Below, one piece after another: positions 63,766 to 64,000 of a stretch of DNA of 64,000 nt; positions within the stretch are counted from its first letter, which is position 1, and each line of letters starts with the position of its first letter. The stretch covers positions 33,120 through 97,119 of the forward strand of contig JACDEV010000002.1 of assembly GCA_013816135.1 (NCBI GenBank), read 5' to 3'. Made by a program: the position numbers and the translations under genes. Origin of the DNA: Patescibacteria group bacterium. GTDB taxonomy: Bacteria; Patescibacteriota; Minisyncoccia; Phycocordibacterales; DATDWN01. Below the pieces are notes generated by a model. The model had not been told where the DNA came from. It did no database searches and worked only from the letters and a program-made list of their open reading frames with translations.

Positions 63766-64000
63766 TCTGGTGTTTAAAAATCTTCACTAATTTAGCTAAG
63801 CCTCGATGGATCCTTACTGCTATAGTATTCTCGCTTTCGCCTGTTATCTCAGATATCTCTTTCAAAGATAGGTCTTCAACGAATCTCATACCTAAAGCCT
63901 GCTTATAAGGTTCTGGTATCTGTGAGAGCATTGCTAAGGCTTGTTCTGCATCCAAACGATTGATCATGTGCTCATACTCGTCAATAGATGGTTCAAATCC
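63758..64000 (-). CDS. ECF-type sigma-70 family sigma factor, C-terminal (region 4) part; gene start lies beyond the window end
   Basis: Region 4 HTH LSLKEISEITGESENTIAVRIHRGLAKL. The reading frame stays open to the window edge. Confidence 0.7.
   Translation of the reverse strand, partial: GFEPSIDEYEHMINRLDAEQALAMLSQIPEPYKQALGMRFVEDLSLKEISEITGESENTIAVRIHRGLAKLVKIFKHQND

Noticed and set aside
1-64000. CRISPR arrays, rRNA genes, integrase/transposase/prophage genes
   Set aside because: No regularly spaced direct repeats with spacers, no rRNA-like conserved blocks, and no recombinase-like ORFs were seen. The only mobile-element hints are the MITE-like inverted repeat and the tRNA-end repeats.

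Overview
This is a low-GC (~35-38%), gene-dense bacterial chromosomal segment. Its gene content points to a reduced-genome, CPR/Patescibacteria-like organism. Evidence for that: a monomeric mitochondrial-type PheRS, a ThrRS with no editing domain, a hinge-less short SMC, a split transketolase, and a compact glycolysis/pentose-phosphate block (fba, pfkB, tkt, rpe, rpiB, gap). Most genes are on the minus strand. Housekeeping content includes lexA with an SOS promoter, the trmD/rpsP cluster, rnr, smc, rnc, rpmF, rnhB, dnaE, thrS, gyrB, pheS-like, tsf, rpsB, prfA, rpmE, rplY, nrdAB and tRNA-Thr(UGU). The most unusual content is two paralogous two-gene modules, each pairing a MoxR-like (AAA_5-type) AAA+ ATPase with a multidomain protein built as peptidase-like domain, charged coiled-coil linker, then vWA (MIDAS) domain. 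One module (28905-35949) uses a transglutaminase-like Cys-peptidase domain; the other (50531-56140) uses an HExxH metallopeptidase-like domain. Other notable items are listed in the findings. They include a family of ~100-nt conserved elements sitting immediately 3' of the stop codons of at least six minus-strand genes. They also include duplicated consensus-promoter/terminator cassettes around small GC-rich ORFs, and a GC-rich structured region with repeats of the tRNA-Thr 3' end. Two promoter/terminator-defined candidate sRNAs lie between the second AAA+/vWA gene pair, and a MITE-like inverted repeat follows dnaE. The locus also carries a NusB-Nudix fusion gene. No CRISPR array, rRNA, integrase or transposase was found.
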